Shown: piece after piece, positions 11,454 through 19,910 of the stretch
Position numbering within the stretch: position 1 is the first letter of the stretch
Layout: each line of letters opens with the position of its first letter
Assembly (NCBI GenBank): GCA_965218795.1
Contig: OZ244653.1
Coordinates: 4,800,001 to 4,864,000 of the forward strand
Source of the DNA: a bacterium
GTDB lineage: Bacteria; UBA8248; JACPRG01; G963555815
Direction of reading: 5' to 3'
DNA length: 64,000 bases
Program-made: the position numbers and the translations under genes
Notes under the pieces: model-generated
What the model saw: the letters and a program-made list of their open reading frames with translations, nothing else
Database searches by the model: none
What the model was told of the DNA's origin: nothing

Positions 11454-12620
11454 TTAGATCGGCTTTTCGTGAAATCGAGGAAGCCACTGGTGCAGGAGAT
11501 AGGAAACCCCCGCCAAACGACGCCAACCTCGCCTTTTTGATTTTCCGGAAGACCCGTCTCCGCCGATCTCTTGCAATCGATTGAACTCTTCCAGGAGTTT
11601 GCGTTGCTTTTGGCTCATTCTCGTGGGCGTTTCAACGTGGATATGTACGATGACATCTCCCTTGGCCCCTCCGCCCGGTCGGGGCAATCCTTTTCCCTGA
11701 AGAGAAAAGGCCTTGCCCGACTGAGTACCAGCGGGGATCTTGATTCGGACGGGATCGTTCAGCGTCGGCACATCGACTTCCGCGCCCAATGCGGCGTCCG
11801 TTATCGTGATCGGGATCGAAATGTGCAGGTTCCGGCCCTCCCGCCGGAACACATCATGGGGCTGGATGCCGAGGGAGATGAGCAGATCGCCGGCGGCACC
11901 GCCGAGGGTCCCCGCATCGCCTTCCCGACTTACCTTCAAGGTGAACCCTTCCTCCGCCCCCGGCGGAATCCGGACATTCAAAGTTCGCTCTTTGCGGATT
12001 CCCCCGTTCCCCCCACATGCTCCGCAAACATCAAACAGAATTTGACCCGTCCCGCCACAGGACTTGCATGCGGATTGGGTCGCCCTCAGTCCGCGCTGTT
12101 TTTGCAGATAGCCCAATCCGCTGCATACCACACACGGTTGGGTTCGCGCATCAGGGGCGGCCCCTCTTCCCCGGCAGTCTTCACAGGTCTCGAGACGATC
12201 GGTTCGGATCGGGACGGTGGCTCCCGCTGCGGCTTGCTCAAGGGTGATGGTCATGTGATGCTTCAGGTCGCGTCCCCGTTCTGCTTTCACCGGGGTGCCC
12301 TGAGGTTTGCCCCGCACCAGATCGCCAAAAATCTCTTCGAAGAGGCTCGTGAAGGCTTCGCCGCCCTTGTCGGACGAAGCGCCGGCATTCTGCGTCCCCG
12401 TGCGCCAGAGGCCCCACTGATCGAATGTCGCGCGTTTTTTGGGGTCCCGAAGAATCCCGAAGGCGAGGTTGATTTCTCTGAATCGCTCGGCGGAGTGATG
12501 GTCCCCAGGATTCAGGTCGGGGTGGAATTCCTTGGCCAAACGGCGGTAGGCCTGCTTGATCTCTTCCTCGTCCGCCGTTGGATGGACGCCCAGAATCTGG
12601 TAGGGATTGGATCGGGTCAT
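11454..12620 (-). CDS. dnaJ: Chaperone DnaJ
   Basis: J domain with HPD, four CxxCxGxG repeats, C-terminal domain. Confidence 0.95.
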   Translation of the reverse strand: MTRSNPYQILGVHPTADEEEIKQAYRRLAKEFHPDLNPGDHHSAERFREINLAFGILRDPKKRATFDQWGLWRTGTQNAGASSDKGGEAFTSLFEEIFGDLVRGKPQGTPVKAERGRDLKHHMTITLEQAAAGATVPIRTDRLETCEDCRGRGAAPDARTQPCVVCSGLGYLQKQRGLRATQSACKSCGGTGQILFDVCGACGGNGGIRKERTLNVRIPPGAEEGFTLKVSREGDAGTLGGAAGDLLISLGIQPHDVFRREGRNLHISIPITITDAALGAEVDVPTLNDPVRIKIPAGTQSGKAFSLQGKGLPRPGGGAKGDVIVHIHVETPTRMSQKQRKLLEEFNRLQEIGGDGSSGKSKRRGWRRLAGVSYLLHQWLPRFHEKPI

Positions 12621-12645
12621 CAGACTCGTCCCGGCGACACCCGCC

Positions 12646-13260
12646 TCAAGTGTCTTCCTTTTTGGTGATGGCTCTGGCCACCACCACCCGGCTTGGCCGG
12701 ATCACTTTGTCGCCTATGGAATAACCTTTCTGCACTTCCTCGATGACAGTATCCCCGGGGTGGTCCTCGGTTTCCACCGCCATCACAGCTTCATGGCGCT
12801 CAGGATCGAAGGGCTCCCCCTGCGCCTCAACGACGCTCAGGCCGTGATTCTCCAACTTTTCGCGGATCGACTTGAGGACTAGTTCAATTCCTTCTTTGAA
12901 GGCCGCCAGTGTTCCCGCGTTTTCTCCATCGGTGGGGATAGAGTCCGAGGCACGCTCAAGATCATCGATGGCGGGTAACAAATCCTTGATCACGTGCTCA
13001 CTCGCCCGCTCTCGAATCTGACTTTGCTCCCGTGCGGAACGCTTTCGAAAATTCTCAAACTCCGCGAGGAGGCGCAAGTGTTGCTCCCGAGCCTCCTCCA
13101 ACTCACGACGCAAATCGTCGATGGAGGACGTTTCTTGACCCTCGGCGCTTTCCGCTTCAGAGGGCTCCGGGCGCTCGTCGTCCAGAGAATCTCCCTCTTG
13201 TCCGGTTCGGTTCGCCTCTGCAGGATTCTTTTCTTCTACGTTGTTTCCGTCGGTGTTCAC
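12646..13260 (-). CDS. grpE: Nucleotide exchange factor GrpE
   Basis: AEFENFRKR, FDPERHEAV, KGY...IRPSRVVV. Confidence 0.97.
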   Translation of the reverse strand: MNTDGNNVEEKNPAEANRTGQEGDSLDDERPEPSEAESAEGQETSSIDDLRRELEEAREQHLRLLAEFENFRKRSAREQSQIRERASEHVIKDLLPAIDDLERASDSIPTDGENAGTLAAFKEGIELVLKSIREKLENHGLSVVEAQGEPFDPERHEAVMAVETEDHPGDTVIEEVQKGYSIGDKVIRPSRVVVARAITKKEDT

Positions 13261-13443
13261 GTTTGTCCCGTTGACCTTTGAGGGCGTAGTCGAGTCAAAG
13301 CGCCCAGGATTCCGTTTCTTTTCAGCCGGTATGCAGGTCGTCGGCTGGGGGATGTCCGTCGGGTGGCCCTTGAATCGTAATGCCCCGCTGCAATTGACAC
13401 GTTGAGGCGGAATAGAGGAACGGCGGAATTCACGTATTGGATG

Positions 13444-14508
13444 TTACAGATTGGGATCCGATGCAATCCGCTGGCTGAGCTTGGCCGCCATCATATCAAC
13501 CAGGGCCATGATCTGCGGATAGCGCATCCTTTTCGGACCGATGATGCCAACCGTCCCGAGACCCTGAGAACCGTCTCCGTATCTCTTGGCGATGATGGCG
13601 AAATCCTTCATTTCTTCAACCTCTGTCTCGGCTCCGATGCTGACGGAGACACCGTCGTCGCGGGCGCACTTGTCCAGGATTGAAATGATCTTGCTCTTCT
13701 CCTGGAAAGCGACAAACAAAGCCCGCATCTTCTCGAAGTCCGCCTGAAACTCCGGCTCGTCGAGGATATGATTGGTTCCGGAGGAAATAAACTCATCCTC
13801 TTCCACAGCCGTTTCCAGGAAGGCCTTCTCACACATCTTCAGGGATTCACTGTACAAGATGTCAAAATCGCGCTTGTGCTCGAACACCTGCTGCTCAATC
13901 CGGGACCGGACTTCCTCAAGGGTCATCCCTTCAAACTCATCGTTCAGAAATCGCCCTACCTTGTCCAGAAAATCCTGGGACAGATCCTCTTCCAAATCGA
14001 TGAGCCGGTTCCTGATGATTCCGTTCTGCGCGACAAGAGTAATCTGTGAAACGCTCGGTTGGAGTCTGACAATCCGGATTTGACTGAATACCGTTTTTGA
14101 AAGACCGGGCAACAGGACCACGCTGGCGTGGTGGGTCAGAGAAGACAACAGCTTTGATGTCTGTTCCAGCAGAGACTCCAACCCGACCGCCGGCACCATG
14201 TCATAGTCGATGTGGATGCGCTCTACTTCCATCTCCGTCAGAGGCGGCAAGTCCGTTAGCTGATCGACGTAGAAACGGTACGCCCTATCCGTGGGCACCC
14301 TTCCCGAGGAGGTATGGGGCTGATGGAGGTATCCCCGATCGGTCAGTTCGGAAAGTTCGTTGCGGATCGATGCGGGGCTTAGGTTTCGGACGTACTTGTG
14401 GGCCAAAGTCTTGGACCCAACGGGTTCGTTGGATTCAACAAAACTCGTCAATATCCCGAGCAAAATTTCCTGCTGTCGGGATGTCAGGATTGCCGGACGA
14501 GAGAACAT
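13444..14508 (-). CDS. hrcA: Heat-inducible transcription repressor HrcA
   Basis: EPVGSK, SPASIRNE, QPHTSSGRVPT, GIIGPKRMRY. Confidence 0.97.
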   Translation of the reverse strand: MFSRPAILTSRQQEILLGILTSFVESNEPVGSKTLAHKYVRNLSPASIRNELSELTDRGYLHQPHTSSGRVPTDRAYRFYVDQLTDLPPLTEMEVERIHIDYDMVPAVGLESLLEQTSKLLSSLTHHASVVLLPGLSKTVFSQIRIVRLQPSVSQITLVAQNGIIRNRLIDLEEDLSQDFLDKVGRFLNDEFEGMTLEEVRSRIEQQVFEHKRDFDILYSESLKMCEKAFLETAVEEDEFISSGTNHILDEPEFQADFEKMRALFVAFQEKSKIISILDKCARDDGVSVSIGAETEVEEMKDFAIIAKRYGDGSQGLGTVGIIGPKRMRYPQIMALVDMMAAKLSQRIASDPNL

Positions 14509-14575
14509 GGCGGACCTTCACCCCAAAAATCATCTCGCTCAAGGCGCCTAACAGCCTGGTTGGCATTACAATCGA

Positions 14576-14604
14576 AAATTAGCAATCCGGTCGAATCTTG
14601 TCAA
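14576..14604 (-). promoter_or_regulatory. Sigma70-type promoter of the hrcA operon, overlapped by a CIRCE-like half site
   Basis: TTGACA-N17-TAATTT on the minus strand. TTAGCAATC (8/9 match to a CIRCE half) is at 14579-14587; the second half is degenerate. Confidence 0.6.
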
Positions 14605-14638
14605 CCAAAAGACCTGCGCTTGACACTTTTCGGCGGGC

Positions 14639-15499
14639 TTGAGAGACTCCCTTATTGAAATTATCCCTTATTTTTCTGATTGTTTCAGGGATTATGATGA
14701 AATGGAGCCAAGGTCCTCCGCCGCTTTGGGTCGCAATGTTCACGATTCAAGTCCGAAGAATCGTGAAATCCTGATGACCATCTACCATCGCCTCCTTCGG
14801 CATTTCGGCCCAAGGGGATGGTGGCCGGGAGAGACTCCGTTCGAAGTCTGTATCGGTGCGATTCTGGTCCAGAATACTTCTTGGACAAACGCCTCCCTGG
14901 CGATACGAAATTTGAAAAAGAACAGGCTTCTTTCTCCCGAAAAACTCCATGAAGTCTCCCGGGCCCGCCTTGCGCGGCTCATCCGCCCTGCGCGGTTTTT
15001 CAATCTCAAATCTGAGAGGTTGAAGTCTTTTGTGAAATTCCTTTGGAACAAGCACGGGGGCGACCTGAACCGGCTCTTTGAGTTGCCCGACGATGAGTTA
15101 CGGGAGACCCTCGTTCAATTGAAGGGTATCGGGCCTGAAACGGCTGATTCCATCAGTCTCTATGCGGCTGAACGATCTGTTTTTGTGGTGGATGCCTATA
15201 CCCGCCGGATCTTCGGGCGATTGGGCTTGTATAAGGGGTCGGCGATGAGTCGAGGCGGTTACCAATCCCTGCAGGATTTTTTCCATCGCCGGCTTCCCTC
15301 TAACGCCGGGTTGTTCAACGAATACCACGCATTGCTGGTGGAATTGGGCAAAGAGTTCTGCCGCCCGAAGCCCATCTGCCTGCCCTGTCCTTTGCGCACG
15401 ATGTGTCCGTACTCCGGTGAAAAGGGAGAGTGCCCCACTCCCCCCCGAGCTCCACTAGCGAGCAACGCCACGGCGATAGAAGAAAAGGAGAGGGATTGA
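14639..15499 (+). CDS. HhH-GPD / endonuclease III-related DNA glycosylase with a 4Fe-4S motif (start uncertain)
   Basis: WWPGETPFEVCIGAILVQNTSW, LKGIGPETADSI, VVDAYTRR, CRPKPICLPCPLRTMC. Confidence 0.9.
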   Translation: MRDSLIEIIPYFSDCFRDYDEMEPRSSAALGRNVHDSSPKNREILMTIYHRLLRHFGPRGWWPGETPFEVCIGAILVQNTSWTNASLAIRNLKKNRLLSPEKLHEVSRARLARLIRPARFFNLKSERLKSFVKFLWNKHGGDLNRLFELPDDELRETLVQLKGIGPETADSISLYAAERSVFVVDAYTRRIFGRLGLYKGSAMSRGGYQSLQDFFHRRLPSNAGLFNEYHALLVELGKEFCRPKPICLPCPLRTMCPYSGEKGECPTPPRAPLASNATAIEEKERD

Positions 15500-16041
15500 C
15501 GATTTTTCCCAAAGCCTTCCGATTTGTGGCTGATCTGACCGTGGGCAAGACTGCAAAATGGCTCAGAATTCTCGGCTTCGACACCTTGTTGGTTCGCCAT
15601 CCTGATGAGAAATTTTTGAGCGACTGCCTGGCAGACGGACGCATATTTGTCACACGCGATTCCAAAGCGGCCTGCCGCCGGGGAATGACCAATACCCTCC
15701 TTTTGGATGCAGATTCGCCCATTTCTCAATTGGCGGATATTCTGAACCGGTTGGGGCTGCAGGAGCATGTACTCGCTGCGGTTCGGACGACCTTGGGTAA
15801 AGGTTCGACCCGGCCTCGGTCAAGTCCTGCCTCCATCAAACTCTTGTCCAGGTGTATCCGGTGCAATGAACCCCTGGTTGTCGTATCTCGGTCCGAGATT
15901 GTAGATGAAGTGCCGGACTTTACGTGGTCGACGCAAAGCAGGTTTCGGCGGTGTCCTGAATGCCTCCGCGTCTACTGGGAGGGTACGCATAAAGAGCAAA
16001 TCCTCGGAAAAATCAGAAAGATTTGTAACGAAGCGGCATGA
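15496..16041 (+). CDS. Mut7-C RNase (PIN-like) domain protein; TTG start overlaps the upstream stop
   Basis: FVADLTVGKTAKWLRILGFDT, FVTRD, SRCIRCN, CPECLRVYWEGTH. Confidence 0.9.
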   Translation: MTIFPKAFRFVADLTVGKTAKWLRILGFDTLLVRHPDEKFLSDCLADGRIFVTRDSKAACRRGMTNTLLLDADSPISQLADILNRLGLQEHVLAAVRTTLGKGSTRPRSSPASIKLLSRCIRCNEPLVVVSRSEIVDEVPDFTWSTQSRFRRCPECLRVYWEGTHKEQILGKIRKICNEAA

Positions 16042-16102
16042 TGGGTCTGAATGAAGGGGCTCTGCTCGAATTCAATCAAGCAGGAAATGGGGAATTCTCA
16101 AG

Positions 16103-16255
16103 CGCATGAGAAGGCTTCTTTCCTCACAGGTTGGATAAACTTCTTGACCGTGTCGATGGGTCGGCTGCCCATGTTGCGCCAGCCCTGATGAGGGCACTCG
16201 TTGTTGTAGAACTTGAGCAGGTACTCGTCCAGGTCCCTCCCAGCCTTCTCCATGC
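16103..16255 (-). mobile_element. IS481-family transposase 3' remnant with a decayed right end
   Basis: The minus frame reads DLDEYLLKFYNNECPHQGWRNMGSRPIDTVKKFIQPVRKEA, resembling the YNxERPHxG C-terminus of IS481 transposases. DNA is homologous to 57525-57640. Confidence 0.75.
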
Positions 16256-16257
16256 TG

Positions 16258-16429
16258 CCTGGATTCCTGCCTCAACTTGCCCTCGAATGCTTCAGTCGAG
16301 AACCTGCCGAATGGATTCCTGCATGCGCAGGAATGACAAACGACTCAGACAGCGCGGAACTCTCACACCCCCGTCGAACTCCTCCTGTCCAACCCTTTTG
16401 CTCGTCATTCCCGCGTAGGCGGGAATCCA
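16258..16429. repeat. REP-like palindrome cluster (GTCATTCCYGCNNNNGCRGGAATCCA family)
   Basis: TGGATTCCTGCATGCGCAGGAATGAC (16312-16337) and GTCATTCCCGCGTAGGCGGGAATCCA (16404-16429) form an inverted doublet; a degenerate copy is at 16258-16300. Confidence 0.85.
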
Positions 16430-16673
16430 CTCAAGTGCATGAGAAGCTGGTCCCCACATTTCGAGGCTGATGGGATTGTTCACCTGGTTTCCGGTCGATT
16501 GAGGAAGAAACTGCACCAAGTTATTGAAGATTTCACAACAGGTTCACTCCAAGGAGCCAAAGTATCGATCCCGGGCGCTGGGGTGAGCGCCCATCTTCTG
16601 GTTTGATATCAATGAACCGATTGAATTCCAGTCAGTTATGGAAGGGAGAATTTTCAGAATTTTTTTGAACTTT

Positions 16674-16690
16674 TTGGTACATGAATTGCT
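16674..16690 (+). promoter_or_regulatory. Sigma54 (-24/-12) promoter
   Basis: TTGGTAC-ATGAA-TTGCT has exact GG-N10-GC spacing, sits in an AT-rich intergenic stretch, and is 55 nt upstream of a small ORF with a strong SD. Confidence 0.65.
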
Positions 16691-16745
16691 CTAACTTCAT
16701 AGGGAAGCAATCATAAACTCATATCGGTTCTGTGGAGGGAGAGCG

Positions 16746-16967
16746 ATGATTACGACGGAAGAGAAAGTCGGATCAGTCACCATCACGGTCGCGGAAGCCG
16801 CCGAGGCATTTCGGGAAGAAGCCCTGAGTCTCGCGGATTCTGACAAAGAAGCCGACATCCTCGCCACGGCCGCCCTTTTGAATTATCTATCCAAAGAAAA
16901 CCCTGCTCTGTTCGATCCGCCTCTGAATCAGGTCGGAAAAGCGGCGATCGTTTCAAGTCTTTCCTAA
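16746..16967 (+). CDS. Small hypothetical acidic protein (73 aa)
   Basis: SD GGAGG before the ATG, protein-like composition, upstream sigma54 motif; family not recognised. Confidence 0.6.
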   Translation: MITTEEKVGSVTITVAEAAEAFREEALSLADSDKEADILATAALLNYLSKENPALFDPPLNQVGKAAIVSSLS

Positions 16968-17194
16968 TCAAATCGTTCCAATGAGCGGGGAATTTCTCCC
17001 TCCCTCCCGTATATCTTTCGATTGACTCTTGACGACCTCGGCACCTCCCTGATGGCTCCCTTCATTCGCTCGAGTCATCCTTCGCTGGTATGCCTCGCAG
17101 CCCTCTGCTACACTGTTTTTTGAGGGATATGAGTCGGATACGAAACTTCTCAAGAATGCGTTTTTCGTGGTTTCCGATGAAGCGGTTCAGACCA

Positions 17195-17875
17195 ATGGCC
17201 GGAACATTGATTACGTTTGAGGGCATTGAAGGTGCCGGGAAGAGTACCCAGATTGAGCTTTTGGCAACACGTCTGAAGGAGCGCGGAACTTCCGTCCTTT
17301 GTACGCGCGAGCCGGGGGGGACTCAGTTGGGGGAGGAGATACGGGATTTGGTGCTCAATCCGACCCATGAGGAAATTTCCCCGATTGTTGAATTATTCCT
17401 GATGGAAGCCGCCCGGGGTCAGCACGTCACGACAAGGATCATTCCCGCGCTCAAGAAGGGCCGGGTTGTCCTCTGTGATCGCTTTGCCGATTCCACGTTG
17501 GTCTACCAGGGGGACGGACGAGGCCTGGATTGGAAGATAATCGAAGAGATGAACCAGGTGGCGGCTCAGGGTCTTCAACCGGATCTGACGATATTACTCG
17601 ATCTGGATGTCGCGACGAGTCTGGAGAGAACCGCACAACGGTCTGGTCGTGGGCCGTCTTCGGGTCATCCCTCGCAGGCACATGGGGGGGCGTCTCGTTT
17701 TGATCTGGAGGAAGTCGATTTCCATGAGCGCGTCCGGGCGGGATTTCTCAAGATCGCGAAAAACGATCCGGATCGGGTCCGTGTTGTTTCATCCGCCGGC
17801 ACACCCAAGGAAGTGCATGAGCGGATTTGGCGCGCGTTGGAAAAAACGCTTGAGTCGGTCGTGATATGCGGCTAG
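17195..17875 (+). CDS. tmk: Thymidylate kinase
   Basis: ITFEGIEGAGKSTQ, TREPGGT, LCDRF, PDLTILLD. Confidence 0.97.
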   Translation: MAGTLITFEGIEGAGKSTQIELLATRLKERGTSVLCTREPGGTQLGEEIRDLVLNPTHEEISPIVELFLMEAARGQHVTTRIIPALKKGRVVLCDRFADSTLVYQGDGRGLDWKIIEEMNQVAAQGLQPDLTILLDLDVATSLERTAQRSGRGPSSGHPSQAHGGASRFDLEEVDFHERVRAGFLKIAKNDPDRVRVVSSAGTPKEVHERIWRALEKTLESVVICG

Positions 17876-18912
17876 CCGATATTCGGGGACAGGATCGGGC
17901 CGTTTCCACCCTTGGAGGAGATATCGCCGCGGGTAGAATGGCCCATGCGTATCTATTCGTCGGCCCTGAGAGCATAGGGAAATTCACGACTGCGTCGGCG
18001 GTTGCGAGTGTGCTTCTGTGTGAGAGGAAGGGGGTAGAACCGGGAGAGAAAGACGCTTGCGGAGTCTGTGCTGCTTGTGGAAAGGTAGAAGCAGGAACCC
18101 ACCCCGACTTCATGGTCATCCGTCGGGATGGCCAGTTCATCAAGATCGGGGAGTTCGAGGCCGACCGGAAACGTGAAGATCCCCCGCAAATCCGGGAACT
18201 GATTGCTGCGGCCAACCGAAAGCCTTACGAGGGGCCGGTCAAGGTGTTTGTGGTGGATGAAGCCCACCGGATGAATCCCTCTGCGGCCAATGCGCTCCTG
18301 AAGACACTTGAAGAGCCCCCCGGGGGTACGGTGGTCATCCTGACGGCCACCACGTCGGGTTCCCTTCCCCGGACCATCGTCTCCCGTAGTCGTGTAGTTC
18401 GGTTCCAGACTCTTCAGCGGCGGCAATTGGAGACGGAGATCCGACGGGTCCGAGGATTGGAAGAAGATGAAGCGCGATTGCTGGCCGCGTTTTCGGCGGG
18501 TCGGATGGACCTGGCGCTTACAGGTGATCCGGAAGAGATAGTCGATAGACTGGATCGGGCTCTTGCGTTGCTGGAGGCGGGAATAACGGGCGGAACGGAG
18601 GAGATTCTCAAGATCGTCGCAGGCGTCGGCCGGCCTTCCGAGGAGGCGGAGGCCCTGTTGGAGGTGCTTCGGTTCATTCTTCGCGATGCGATTTTGCTTC
18701 GCAGCAATGTGAGCGGCGAATACCTGATGCATGAGGGGCTGAATGAGAAACTGAGTCACCTGATTCAGGCTTGCCCGTTGAAAACGTTGGAGCATATGTT
18801 TCAGCGGGCGGGGGCGTTGCTTCAAGATATTCGAGTTCGAAACGTGAATCCTCAACTGGGATGGGAATCTCTCTTGCTTGATTCCCGTTCGATGGCGACT
18901 GCCGGAGGATGA
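17866..18912 (+). CDS. holB: DNA polymerase III delta' subunit
   Basis: HAYLFVGP..IGK, CGVCAAC, HPD, AANALLKTLEEPP, TIVSR; follows tmk. Confidence 0.93.
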   Translation: MRLADIRGQDRAVSTLGGDIAAGRMAHAYLFVGPESIGKFTTASAVASVLLCERKGVEPGEKDACGVCAACGKVEAGTHPDFMVIRRDGQFIKIGEFEADRKREDPPQIRELIAAANRKPYEGPVKVFVVDEAHRMNPSAANALLKTLEEPPGGTVVILTATTSGSLPRTIVSRSRVVRFQTLQRRQLETEIRRVRGLEEDEARLLAAFSAGRMDLALTGDPEEIVDRLDRALALLEAGITGGTEEILKIVAGVGRPSEEAEALLEVLRFILRDAILLRSNVSGEYLMHEGLNEKLSHLIQACPLKTLEHMFQRAGALLQDIRVRNVNPQLGWESLLLDSRSMATAGG

Positions 18913-19726
18913 ACCCTTGAAGGTCAGAGTCGTAGGACTCAATTTTCGAAGGAACCATCGGGCGGCCCGATACAATGCCTGTGGGATACCCCTTCGTCTG
19001 GGCGATTACTGCATCGTAGAAACTGATCACGGGATCGAGGTTGGCCGGGTGGCCGCCAATCCCATGATCCTCCCGCCGGAGCATGTGAGGGGAAAGTTGC
19101 CAAAGATATTGCGGCGGGCAACGGACAAGGACATTGCCCGCTTCAAAGAGCTGGAAGAAGAAGAAATGGATGCCCGCCGGATGGCGCAGCGTTTCATCCG
19201 GTCCATGGGGCTGACGATGAAGATTTTCCAGGTCGAGTATCATTTTGAGGAGGATTTGGCCACCTTCTACTTCACAGCGCGGGAGAGGGTGGATTTTCGC
19301 CAGTTGGTCCGGAAACTGTCCGACGAGTTGGGGATGCGAGTGGACATGAGGCAGATCGGCGCCCGGGACGAAGCGAGGATGTTGAATGGCTGCGGTTCCT
19401 GCGGGCGGGATCTTTGCATTTCCGGCTGGTTGCCGGAATTCCGCTTGATATCCATCCGAATGGCCAAAGTACAGGATCTTGCTTTGAATCCATCGAAGCT
19501 TTCCGGGATGTGCGGAAAATTGAAATGCTGCCTTTCTTATGAATTCAAGGAATATGAAGGGGTGGCCAAGAGGATGCCGAAGGTCGGCAAGCGGGTCGCC
19601 GGATGTGCCGGTTGCAGTGGCTGTGTCACCAAGAGGAACACCCTGGAGGAGACCTTCGTCATCCTGACCGAAGATGGCCAGAGGGTAACGGCAACCCTTC
19701 AGGATTATGAGGAAAGCAGGAAATAG
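18878..19726 (+). CDS. ricT: PSP1-domain protein (YaaT/RicT family); start uncertain
   Basis: FYFTARERVDFRQLV, RQIGARDEA, CGSCGRDLC, KLSGMCGKLKCCLSYE. Confidence 0.92.
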   Translation: MIPVRWRLPEDEPLKVRVVGLNFRRNHRAARYNACGIPLRLGDYCIVETDHGIEVGRVAANPMILPPEHVRGKLPKILRRATDKDIARFKELEEEEMDARRMAQRFIRSMGLTMKIFQVEYHFEEDLATFYFTARERVDFRQLVRKLSDELGMRVDMRQIGARDEARMLNGCGSCGRDLCISGWLPEFRLISIRMAKVQDLALNPSKLSGMCGKLKCCLSYEFKEYEGVAKRMPKVGKRVAGCAGCSGCVTKRNTLEETFVILTEDGQRVTATLQDYEESRK

Positions 19727-19910
19727 GCGGCGGTGGGTCTCCCATGTGAAGGCCTCGATGCACCGTGGACTCGCGCGGCGTTTCCAATGGCCGTGCAATG
19801 GATGTTCCAGGTTTCCCGGATCTTGTCAAGACAAAGCATTCCGTCTGAATTCGCCAGGGGATGACCTCTTGGAACTTGTATGGCCTCTGCAGATTTTCCC
19901 CGGATGACTC

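Noticed and set aside
16746-16770. MITTEEKV resembling an IS481 transposase start
   Set aside because: The following residues lack the helix-turn-helix pattern and no TGT end lies upstream; probably coincidence.
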